Positions 20,700 through 30,700 of a DNA stretch of 64,000 bases are shown piece after piece. Numbering within the stretch: position 1 is the first letter of the stretch; every line of letters starts with the position of its first letter. This DNA comes from Cyanophora paradoxa CCMP329. Its lineage: Eukaryota; Plantae; Glaucophyta. The stretch covers positions 1 to 64,000 of the forward strand of contig QPMI01000475.1 of NCBI GenBank assembly GCA_004431415.1, read 5' to 3'. A model generated the notes under the pieces. The model did not search any database. It was not told where the DNA came from and was given only the letters and a program-made list of their open reading frames with translations. The translations under genes and the position numbers were made by a program.

Positions 20700-23600
20700 A
20701 TGCCCCGCCAAACGAACAGACTGATCAAAGAAAAGAAAAATGAAATACTTGGATTGTTAGGAACTCTCTTAGTTACCGGTGAGATAACCGAAGCGGAATA
20801 CGATAGAGAAGCCGCCATCTTAGATAGACGACCGCGATTAGGTCAACTCACTGAGATTGCAAATGACCTCTACAATCGCATGCAGAGAATGGAGGAGTTT
20901 ATGGATGAAGGACAGAGATTAGGAGCAATTGACCCGGACATTGAAGATGGTCAAGCAATGAATCAAGCGTATTCGTGGTTGACCTATCGCGCCCGAAACG
21001 AAGTTGTCGTGGATGCTATCGAATTCCTCGAAAGAATCGCACCAAGTCTACCGCAACGCATTAGAACCCGCTTAGATCAACTGAGAGCCGTTAAAGTCCG
21101 TCTGACTTTCGTTTGCAAGTTCACCAAAGTAGGTAATCCGCGCATCTATATCACCAAATTCATTTACAGCGATTATTTCGTAATTACCCGATCCCGCAAC
21201 ATAGACACAGAAGTTCGCAAAGCGTTACAGAAAATGCAAGAGGAAATGACGCAAGTGGATAGTTACCGTTTAGAGAAGATCGAAATTTTAAGAGGTGTAA
21301 TCATGTCATACGCACCTGTGGGTGGTTGTTTTTTCGCAACTCCCGAATGGATCGCATCCAAGAAGGCAACGGTGAACGTTAAGAATATCGACGGTCAAGA
21401 TTGCTTCAAGTATGCGATTTTGGCTTACCTACATCGAAAGGACATTAACAAACACAAGAGCAACGAACCAAGCCAATACCGCAGATGGTTAAATGAACTC
21501 AATTTCGAAGGTATTCAGTTTCCCGTTGCCTGTGATGCTGAGGTAATCGATCGATTCGAAGAACTGAACCCCGAACTTTCTATTAACATTTACGGAGCCG
21601 ATAACGCCAAAGAGTGTTTCTATCCTCTCCATCAATCAAGTAACCCAAGGAGAAAGACCAAGATTAATCTTTTACTTATCGAAAACACCGAAGATGATCG
21701 GGGACACTACATTACTATCATGTCTTTTAGTCGTCTTCTGAAAACTACATTTGATAAAGCATGTGATGGTCGCATTTACTACTGTGAAACCTGCTTGTCT
21801 CGTTTCAGAACTCAGGAGAAATTAGACCTGCATGTTGAAGCGAATCGCTGCATTGATTGGAGGGAGAGCAAAGGCAAATGCCCAAAAGCGGGAAGCGTAA
21901 TTGAATTCGGTCTGCAACATCTGCGTAAAACTGTTTGGCTACCCGTGATCTGTTATGTTAAAGTCGAAGATCATTCGGTTGCTATTGATGCACAGAGGAG
22001 TAAACGTGAGATCAAAGCGGTTTCATTGAGAGTGGTAATGGGAGATGAAGTGAGAGCATACCATTTCGAGGGAGCCGATCCGCTTGGTTCTCTCTTTGCT
22101 ACTCTACAAGATATTAGACCCGAAATCGTTGAGACGCTGTTTAGAAACATTCCGATGCATCCACTCACAGACGATCAGAAGGCGGAATACAAGGTAACAA
22201 AACACTGTTACATTTGCTCTCAGAGATTCACCCACGAAAACTTCCCGGTTCGCGATCATTGCCACCAATCCGGCGATTTCATCGGAAAGGCATGCCGAAA
22301 CTGTAACCTCCACCGGCGAATCTCAAAGCAAACCAAAGTAGCTATCGTGGTCGATCACATGGATGAATGCGGACACGGAATATTCCGCAAAATTGCCCAA
22401 CAAGATGATAAACTACGTGTTGAGATTCTGAGCAAGAATTTCGATCAATACCTATCGCTTCAATGGGGCATGTGGAAGTTCATAGATGCTTCCCATTTTA
22501 TGGATTTCCAATCTGTGGATGTAGGCGATTTAATGAGAAAGTTTGAAGCATTTCGCAAATTGGCGTTTTCTCAATACGGATTGGATCCCGCACATTATGT
22601 TAGCGCACCGGGTCTCTCTTGGGATGCTATGCTAAAACATACGAAAGTTAAGATTGAACTAATCGATGATGTAGAGAAATACGAATTTGTTGAGAGAGCC
22701 ATTCGCGGTGGATTTGCTACCATGCCCACACGATACGCAAAGGTAGAAAACCCCAACGATCATATAGTTCTGTTGGATGCAAATAATCTTTATGGTTATG
22801 CTCTCAGTCAACCACTACCAATCGGAGATTATCGATGGGAAGACATCACAGAGGCACTTAAAGAGGTAGAGGGACGAAGCGCATTTATTGAAGTAGATCT
22901 TGAATACCCCACAACTTTTGAAGATCATTACGATTTCCCACTGATTGTGAATAAAGAAGTGATTACCGCTGAAATGCTTGGTGATTATCAACGTAAACTA
23001 TTAGATCTGACGGGCGAAAAGATCAGCAAAGACCCCAAACTTACAGCGACATTTACGCCCAAGAATAAATACGTGATTGCTCGACCTCTTCTTAACTACA
23101 TCGTTAAAAAGGGTGTCATTCTAAAAAAGATACATAAAGTTCTCTCATTCGCTACCTCCCCATTCATGAGATCTTACATTGGTCTGAATACTCTACTCCG
23201 CCATGAATCTACTAACCATTTTGAAAGCGACTTCTTTAAACTCATGAACAATGCAATTTACGGTAAATGTTTGGAATCTTGCAGGGGTCGCTCAACTGTC
23301 AAGATTGCTAACAGTGAGAAACTCTGTAAGAAATACGCAGCAAGTCCGCTTATCAAGGCGACCAATGTATTAAACGAAAACGCAGTTGCCTTCGAGATGT
23401 ATTCGAAGCATGTTAATTTAGATAAACCCGTAGCAATTGGCGCTTTCGTTTTGGATTTCGCGAAACTCCATAATTATCGATTCTTCTATGATGTGGTAAG
23501 GAAGAAGTGGGAAACCGCCAAACTACTGTTCCACGATACCGATTCGTTCTGTTTGTTCTTGAAAACAAATAATCTCAATGAAGATATGAAAGAGATAGGT

Positions 23601-23981
23601 GAGTATCTCGATAGGAGCAATTACGATAAATCCCATCCTCTTGTGAGTATCAAAAACCGCATGGTTCCTGGTAAATATAAGAATGAGTTTCCAAATGCAA
23701 AGATCATGGAGTATGTGGGTCTGAGATCGAAACTCTATGCTTTCAGAACTGAGACCAACGAAAGAGTAAAGATGTCGGGGACTTCCTCGAAAGAGGTTCA
23801 CTTTGACGATTTTAAGAGATGTCTGTTTGAAGGCATCATAAAAACAGTATCAGTAACAAACAAGCGAAGGCAAGACCACAACTTATATGACTTGGAGAGC
23901 AGAAGGGTCGCTCTAAACCAACTCGATAGCAAACGGAAGATATCAGCCGACGGCATTCACAGCATTCCATTTGGTCTTTAA
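20700..23981 (+). CDS. Polinton-type (protein-primed family) DNA polymerase B with Zn-finger and Endo VII-like domain
   Basis: CFKYAIL, C2H2 (CETC...LHVEANRC), RDHCHQSG..GKACRNCN, motif A DANNLYGYAL, motif B KLMNNAIYGK, motif C DTDS, and LRSKLY. Confidence 0.93.
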   Translation: MPRQTNRLIKEKKNEILGLLGTLLVTGEITEAEYDREAAILDRRPRLGQLTEIANDLYNRMQRMEEFMDEGQRLGAIDPDIEDGQAMNQAYSWLTYRARNEVVVDAIEFLERIAPSLPQRIRTRLDQLRAVKVRLTFVCKFTKVGNPRIYITKFIYSDYFVITRSRNIDTEVRKALQKMQEEMTQVDSYRLEKIEILRGVIMSYAPVGGCFFATPEWIASKKATVNVKNIDGQDCFKYAILAYLHRKDINKHKSNEPSQYRRWLNELNFEGIQFPVACDAEVIDRFEELNPELSINIYGADNAKECFYPLHQSSNPRRKTKINLLLIENTEDDRGHYITIMSFSRLLKTTFDKACDGRIYYCETCLSRFRTQEKLDLHVEANRCIDWRESKGKCPKAGSVIEFGLQHLRKTVWLPVICYVKVEDHSVAIDAQRSKREIKAVSLRVVMGDEVRAYHFEGADPLGSLFATLQDIRPEIVETLFRNIPMHPLTDDQKAEYKVTKHCYICSQRFTHENFPVRDHCHQSGDFIGKACRNCNLHRRISKQTKVAIVVDHMDECGHGIFRKIAQQDDKLRVEILSKNFDQYLSLQWGMWKFIDASHFMDFQSVDVGDLMRKFEAFRKLAFSQYGLDPAHYVSAPGLSWDAMLKHTKVKIELIDDVEKYEFVERAIRGGFATMPTRYAKVENPNDHIVLLDANNLYGYALSQPLPIGDYRWEDITEALKEVEGRSAFIEVDLEYPTTFEDHYDFPLIVNKEVITAEMLGDYQRKLLDLTGEKISKDPKLTATFTPKNKYVIARPLLNYIVKKGVILKKIHKVLSFATSPFMRSYIGLNTLLRHESTNHFESDFFKLMNNAIYGKCLESCRGRSTVKIANSEKLCKKYAASPLIKATNVLNENAVAFEMYSKHVNLDKPVAIGAFVLDFAKLHNYRFFYDVVRKKWETAKLLFHDTDSFCLFLKTNNLNEDMKEIGEYLDRSNYDKSHPLVSIKNRMVPGKYKNEFPNAKIMEYVGLRSKLYAFRTETNERVKMSGTSSKEVHFDDFKRCLFEGIIKTVSVTNKRRQDHNLYDLESRRVALNQLDSKRKISADGIHSIPFGL

Positions 23982-24166
23982 TATACTTGCTCAATACTTC
24001 TCTTTTTATTTTTTCGATCTCCAAGTAGCAATAGACCTCGGATCAGATGCAGCAACCATATACACCTTAAACCGGGGTCGTTTGGATCGATTGCAAAGTA
24101 GTTTGGTTTCGGGTGTTCTGTCCAAACCGGCTCGTCCATTATTAATATATTGAAAATAAAGTAAAG

Positions 24167-25567
24167 ATGCCCTCAGCACAGATAGGATTACGACCCGTTC
24201 CTAAAATCGTAAAGAAGAGCATGAAAGAAGACCAAGGGAACATGCTACCGATCACTATTCCGGTCGAAGAGAAGAACACGCGAATCTTGAAGAAGTCTGA
24301 GATGGTTAAAGAACTGATCCCGGAGGCATTACCTACTGAGACTGCAACGAAAGAATCGAAGATCGCGAAGAAGTTTTACGATCCGCGCACGGGTTACAAG
24401 GGTTTCGGGGCAATGAGAAAGGAACTACCAGAGGAAGACTACAAGAAGATGAGAGAATGGTATGATAAACAGGAAGTCGTTCAGATAAACGCACCGACCC
24501 TTTCAAGAAAGAGAGATCCGATGATTCCGATTCGGCAACCTCTCGATACCTACGTAATCGATCTGCTCTTCTTCCCAGCATACAAGAACCAAAACGACGG
24601 ATACGATACGTTCATGTCCGCGATGGAATCTACCTTACGCACGGGTTACATCATTCCGATGAGAGATAAGAGCGCTCTTACGGCGCTTGCGGCGTTTGAA
24701 CAGCTACAACGAAGAGTTCCTCGACCTATCGCACGCGTTCAGAGTGACAGCGGAAGCGAGTTCACAAATAACATGTTCACGAATTACCTTGCTAAGAAGT
24801 TCATAGACCATCAGATAAGCGATGTCGCAGATCATCGAAGCCAAGGTAGAATCGAAGCGTTTAACAAGCAGATCAAACGATTGATCACGAACTATTGCAT
24901 AGCAAACAACACAGCGCGATTCTTCGATGTATTGGGAGACATTGAGTATAACTATAATAATACCATCCACTCAGCAACCAAGAGAAAACCAGCAGAAACG
25001 ACGGAAGATCATTACCGTGAGATTATCGGATTAGAAGATGAGAGGTTCAAGAAGTCGATTGCTTACTTGGATGGTATCAAACAGGGTATGTTTGTGAGAG
25101 TGAGAATAGAAAAGAACCCATTCGCTAAACAAGGTGTCAATTGGTCGCGAATCGTCTATACTGTCGAAGGGAGAGAGGGTTTCAAGTTCAGGTTGCGAAA
25201 TCCGAACGGCGAAATGGTCGAAGGGAGATTCGCTTTCCACGAACTGTTACCTATCAAAGGTGTTGAGTATCACGAAGCGCCCACAGTGGATGCACTTGAA
25301 CAAGCGAAAGAAGAAGCCCGGGTCGATTCGGCAATTCGCAAGGAAGGCATCGAAAAAGCGGATGACGTCCCAGAAGAACCGTTAACACAAGCCAGAACCA
25401 AGAAGAAAGGTAAGGCGGAACGTGAATTAAAGAAGTTAACCATAGCAGGAACCCAGAAACTATCAGAAGTCAACAGTCAGAGATGGTATACAGACTTTCA
25501 GACCTCAAAAGAGACATATTCAGCCCCACAAACCCGGGTAAATCTAAGATCCAGTTCGCGAAAGTAG
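24167..25567 (+). CDS. Retroviral-type (RVE) DDE integrase
   Basis: YVIDL, QSDSGSEF, QGRIEAFNKQIK and YNNTIHSATKRKP; Polinton-like C-terminal FAKQGVNWS..VYTV. Confidence 0.93.
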   Translation: MPSAQIGLRPVPKIVKKSMKEDQGNMLPITIPVEEKNTRILKKSEMVKELIPEALPTETATKESKIAKKFYDPRTGYKGFGAMRKELPEEDYKKMREWYDKQEVVQINAPTLSRKRDPMIPIRQPLDTYVIDLLFFPAYKNQNDGYDTFMSAMESTLRTGYIIPMRDKSALTALAAFEQLQRRVPRPIARVQSDSGSEFTNNMFTNYLAKKFIDHQISDVADHRSQGRIEAFNKQIKRLITNYCIANNTARFFDVLGDIEYNYNNTIHSATKRKPAETTEDHYREIIGLEDERFKKSIAYLDGIKQGMFVRVRIEKNPFAKQGVNWSRIVYTVEGREGFKFRLRNPNGEMVEGRFAFHELLPIKGVEYHEAPTVDALEQAKEEARVDSAIRKEGIEKADDVPEEPLTQARTKKKGKAERELKKLTIAGTQKLSEVNSQRWYTDFQTSKETYSAPQTRVNLRSSSRK

Positions 25568-25679
25568 CATAGATGTGTAGAGGATGCAAAGAGGATTCCG
25601 GCGATGGTCGCGGTTTCGAAAATGGATGAGTTGGTGAAGAGTTACAGCAGTGTGTATGAATTTCTTGGAATTTTGGGTT

Positions 25680-25915
25680 CAGTTATCATATCATACCTCT
25701 CCCCCGGTTATCATATCATATCATACTTTCCCCCCCAGTTATCATACTTCTCCCCCCCAGTTATCATACTTCTCCCCCCCAGTTATCATACTTCCCCCCA
25801 GTTATCATAATTAATCCCCCAGTTATCATAATTCATCCCCCAGTTATCATATCATACTTCTCCCCCCCAGTTATCATACTTCATCCCCCAGTTATCATAT
25901 CACACTTCTTCCCCC
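25680..25915 (+). repeat. ~21-bp minisatellite (C)nAGTTATCATACTT, ~10 copies
   Basis: GTTATCATA recurs with variable C-runs between the convergent integrase and patatin genes. Confidence 0.9.
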
Positions 25916-26096
25916 AATGACGTCACGACATATATACCGCATATATACACGTGACGTCACGACATATATACACTATATATACCAAAACCTCCGTAATGCC
26001 GGTTGACCAAGAAAAAAATGTTTGGAAAAAATGTATATATACGTATACATATACATATATATAATCAAAAAAATCGGAAAAAATTCCCTCTCTTTT

Positions 26097-27653
26097 CTAT
26101 CGTATAAATGCGCCCGTCACATCGACTCTCATGGTCGGGGCATTTATATATACCAGCGGATATATTCGTATATATCTTGTTCTCAGTGGGAAACCTATAT
26201 AGAAAACATCGTTTATTGCAAGCGGAAAGCCCCCGTTATATGATACATCCCCAGAATTATGTGCATTATTTATATTCTCACATACAAACATTCTATTCAC
26301 ACCTTCATACTTGATATATGACCATGAAACCCCATCTTGCGATGTTGCAACATTGAAAGTCTTAATAAACGCAGTTGTTATACCTGAACCATAAGCAATT
26401 ATAGAAGCGATTTCATATGTATATGGAAAAGCAATTTGCAAATATTCAGTTGGCGTTTCCCATACTCCGTTTATGGCGGATGCGTTCGCTTCCCATCCTG
26501 TTAATGATGGGCGGGCTTTAAATGCCTCTTTTCCGAATTTCGCAGACGAAGCAGAAAACGCATTATCTGACAGAAGATACCAATTAGCGTCAATGGGAGG
26601 TATGTTATTAAGAGTGGAAGATATATACGATCTGACAGGGTTATTAATCTCATAATTTGTTACAAGTAAATCACAGAGTCTATTTATCATAGCGTCATTT
26701 GCAGCAATATACGTTTCAGTGAATGCGAGCATTTCAGGTATCTTAGATGTATCATCAAGTGATCGAACTATATCATTTGGAAGCGGAACAGAAAGACGGA
26801 AATATCTATTATATCCTTGGTCAAGATTTGGAGGTAGTAATTCTTCCATTTTATCAAGAGCGGATAGTTCGCTTGCAGCCATTAGCATATTAATTAATGG
26901 GCTTCCTTCTGTTGAAGCAATCCATGAAAGAATACCCCAGCTATTCACAGTCTCATAAGCATATCCGAAATATTCAGATTCTAAATTTGCATCAACCTCA
27001 CCACAAGATATACTTATAACTATAATTTCATCATCTTCATTATAAATCTTTTTTGCATGACTATAACCGCATACACTTGGGTTATTGTTTCCTGAAATTG
27101 CGCCATCAATCAGAGAAGCAATTACGCCATTATTGAAATCTACAATGCTAACAGGTGAAAAGTATGTTGGAGCAGCAGATGTAGCACGCGCTACTATTTT
27201 ATTCGGCAAAAAATTGTATTTGTTATCGTTTGTTATAAATATTGGTTTCATATATTGAGTATCAAAAGATGTAATCACAATGTCTTTTAGAGAATCTCTT
27301 ATGAGTGATTCACCAGTTACTGAATAAATCGCACTTTCCAGTGGTGTAGCATCGTATTTTGTATTGAAAAGGGCATTTTCAATGATATTTCGCGGATTCG
27401 CAAAAATTAACGGTAACTGTGTAAGATAAATATTATGCAAATCGTTAGCTGTTAGTTTTGGTTCATTGGGCATCTCAGGATGTCTGATATTTAACCCAAT
27501 CGCAATTATACCACCTGTGGATGTTCCGCTTACAAGATCGACAAGATTTATTATACGTCTTCGAGTTCTATTTTCAATTTCTGTTAGTAACCTTGTTATG
27601 ATAATACCACGCGCACCTCCACCAGACAACGCTAAAACAATCTTCTGAGGCAT
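26097..27653 (-). CDS. Patatin-like phospholipase fused to a discoidin (F5/8 type C) domain
   Basis: GGGARG oxyanion motif, GTSTG nucleophile and DGA catalytic motif; C-terminal EYLQI...RYIRIYP...TMRVDV. Confidence 0.88.
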   Translation of the reverse strand: MPQKIVLALSGGGARGIIITRLLTEIENRTRRRIINLVDLVSGTSTGGIIAIGLNIRHPEMPNEPKLTANDLHNIYLTQLPLIFANPRNIIENALFNTKYDATPLESAIYSVTGESLIRDSLKDIVITSFDTQYMKPIFITNDNKYNFLPNKIVARATSAAPTYFSPVSIVDFNNGVIASLIDGAISGNNNPSVCGYSHAKKIYNEDDEIIVISISCGEVDANLESEYFGYAYETVNSWGILSWIASTEGSPLINMLMAASELSALDKMEELLPPNLDQGYNRYFRLSVPLPNDIVRSLDDTSKIPEMLAFTETYIAANDAMINRLCDLLVTNYEINNPVRSYISSTLNNIPPIDANWYLLSDNAFSASSAKFGKEAFKARPSLTGWEANASAINGVWETPTEYLQIAFPYTYEIASIIAYGSGITTAFIKTFNVATSQDGVSWSYIKYEGVNRMFVCENINNAHNSGDVSYNGGFPLAINDVFYIGFPLRTRYIRIYPLVYINAPTMRVDVTGAFIR

Positions 27654-27702
27654 CTTTACTTTATCGAAATTTAATAAATCTCTATATGTAGAGTAACCAG
27701 GG

Positions 27703-30700
27703 ATGAGTTTCAATTATCCAGCAAATTTACAAACAATATCAGGAAGTGGTGGTAAAACAAACCCTAAACATGTGAATTTCGATAATATCACCATCAAAGG
27801 ATCGGCTTCTATCGATCAGAGCGCCGATAAACCCAGTAAGACGCATTCCAGAATTCATGCTTTATCACTGAATCAAACGGATCCCGATAAAGAAGATGTT
27901 AGCATTGCTTTCAGTTTGGGTAATGTTAAAAAAAATGAAGTTGCCGAAATTAAAGCAACAAGAAGACAACGAAAACTTAAAACAAGTAAAACCCATCCCG
28001 ATATTCCGACACGTTTCGATAGCGGGCGATTAGTATTTAATGTTCAGGATGAGAAAGGTAAACAAAATACAGGTCTCAGAATTTATAATGAAGGCAGCAC
28101 ACCAATTGTCGAGTCATCAGAAATCTTACAAATAGGTTCTTTTCCTAATGCAAATCAAGTATGTATCACAAATGATGTTTACCCAAAAGACATAACTTAT
28201 GATTTTGCGAAAAATGAACCTTTTGGATTCTTTACTCCGAAAGACGTTCATGAAAAAAAACCATCAATAACCATAAATAGTAGTCCCAGTCAACCAGTTG
28301 CTATACATTTACATCCCGATCTTGTCGAAATGGATCGACATTTACTACCTTTGTTTTCAAACACAAAAGATCTTGGTATTAGAACCCGACAGTGGCGAAA
28401 TATTCACGGTAGCAACGTGTATGCAAATGGCGAGAAACTTGTTAGTGAGAAAACGATAAGAGAAATATTTGAACATTACGGACCTGTTCCAGTTCCATTT
28501 CCGTTACCATGGGATCCACCAGATCTTACACCAAAAAAACAACCCGGAAGAGAATACACAGCTGATGAAACGGTTGCGTTTGGTCAACATTTAGTTAGTT
28601 GGGAAAAAGTTTATAATAAACCAGTTTTTAAAGATTACAAACCGCCCGCTGAGGAACTCTTAGCACCAGACATTAATGTTATACCTCTTGAACATAAAGA
28701 ATGTGAAGACGTGGAAGAATTACCCGATGGATTTGATCCTAACCATATGTTATATGATCGTTACGAACCTTACGACGAACAACTTTTACCACATGGATTA
28801 GATCCACCAAACATAGATTACGAACAGCCACATATACCAGATGAAGAGTTATTACCAGATGGATTACAGCCGGGATTTTTCGATTTTACCGTAGATTGGA
28901 GGGATATTATTAACAAACCCGAAACATTTCCACCAGATCCACACGAACACGAATGGGAAGACATTTTAAACAAACCGGAAAGATTTCCGCCCACAGAGCA
29001 TCGCCACCATTGGGACGAAATTGATGGAATACCAGGAGAGTTTCCGCCGGAAGACCATTTACATATTTGGAGTGAAGTAAGACAACAGCCCACTTTTGCA
29101 TCAGCAGGTAATGTATTATTAGGAGATATTAACAATGGTGTGAGTCTCTACCAAAACATAGACACACCAGAAAGATTACAATTAAACGATTATTACGTAA
29201 ATCGCAGGGGAATAGATGCAGGCACCACAATGGAAGGCGAATTATATATTAGACCACCTACAAGGGATGTAATATTACCACTTGGTGGAGGTATTGAAAT
29301 AAAAGACACAAAACCGGGAATCTATCTTACCAATTACTACGCAGATGATGTCCCGATGACAGGAGGTTTATTATCTCTACCATCTGATCCAGCAAATTAT
29401 GATGATAAAAACGCAGCAATCCAAATTAATGTGACTAATGTAAGCGATTTAGACGGATCAAGACCAAAATTAATATTTAGCCGTGAGCAACTCGCAGCAG
29501 AAACACTTTTAGGAGATCGTGACGATTATAAACAATGTGAGGTTGCATGGATCAAAACAAAGTATAATGGTGGAGTTCCAGAGGGTCTTTTAGAAATCAA
29601 TCAAAGAGCAAGCGCCAAAAACATACACAATGAAGATATATCGAGAGTGGTAACGGAAGATTACCTAACGGCTGTAATTCTCGTTAATTTCGTAACTCTT
29701 GCGATGCTTGGAAATTATGTAACAAAACCTGAACTTGCGGTGGAATTATCAAAATATCTCCCGCTTGTTGGTGGGACAATCACAGGAGATCTTACGGTTA
29801 ATAGTAATATTTACAGTAGCAACATAGAGACCAGCAACCTAAAAGTGAATGGAATTCTTACGGTTGGTTCATGTAATTTTAATACCATAAATCAACTTTA
29901 CAGAGAATGGTATGATGTCCCAGCAAGCTTTGATCCAGCATTAAATATCTCAAATTGCATTTTTGCTTGGAAGGCATCAGGAGAACCAGGTCAATTAGCA
30001 ACGTATACAACTATAATAAGTAGAGTCCCAAATTCAGTTGTTCCAGACATGTTTATCTCCGGAGCCAGTTCCTATTACACCAATCCCCAAATCAACAACC
30101 AAATTAGTGTTTCAAGCCCAACAGGCACTTTTTATGCATATACCTCTGCTACAAGGACTATTGATTTTTCAAATGGGCTTACATTTTTCTTTGTGGGAAA
30201 ATATCATCCAACTACCTCTTCTATGCAAGTTCATTTGAGACTTTACAGAAGCGCCTTTCCATCACGATATTGTTATTATGGGGCAACATCTTCTACTGCT
30301 ATTGGAATGAACCAGTTTACTATTAATGGAGTATCCCAAACCCGCCCAGTTATTACGGTTCCTTCTTTAATAAATACATGGTATTACACTGACCAAACAA
30401 TTACTCCCAACAGCTACACAGTCGGGTTAAATGGAGTAGATATTCAAACACTTGTAGGAACGAATTATCTACCAGATAATACTGTCAATCATTTCGGATT
30501 TGGTAATATTGCGAATGGTGGTATTTCCGAGTTGATTGTTTTCAATAGGGCTTTGACAACTTCTGAAAAGAATGCTGTGAGGTATTACATTCAACAAAAA
30601 TATGGATTCACTCATACCCAGACTCTGAATATTTACAGAGGATTAAAAATAACCTCACCTGATACTGTAATAGATTACCTTACAGTTACAAGCAATGCAA

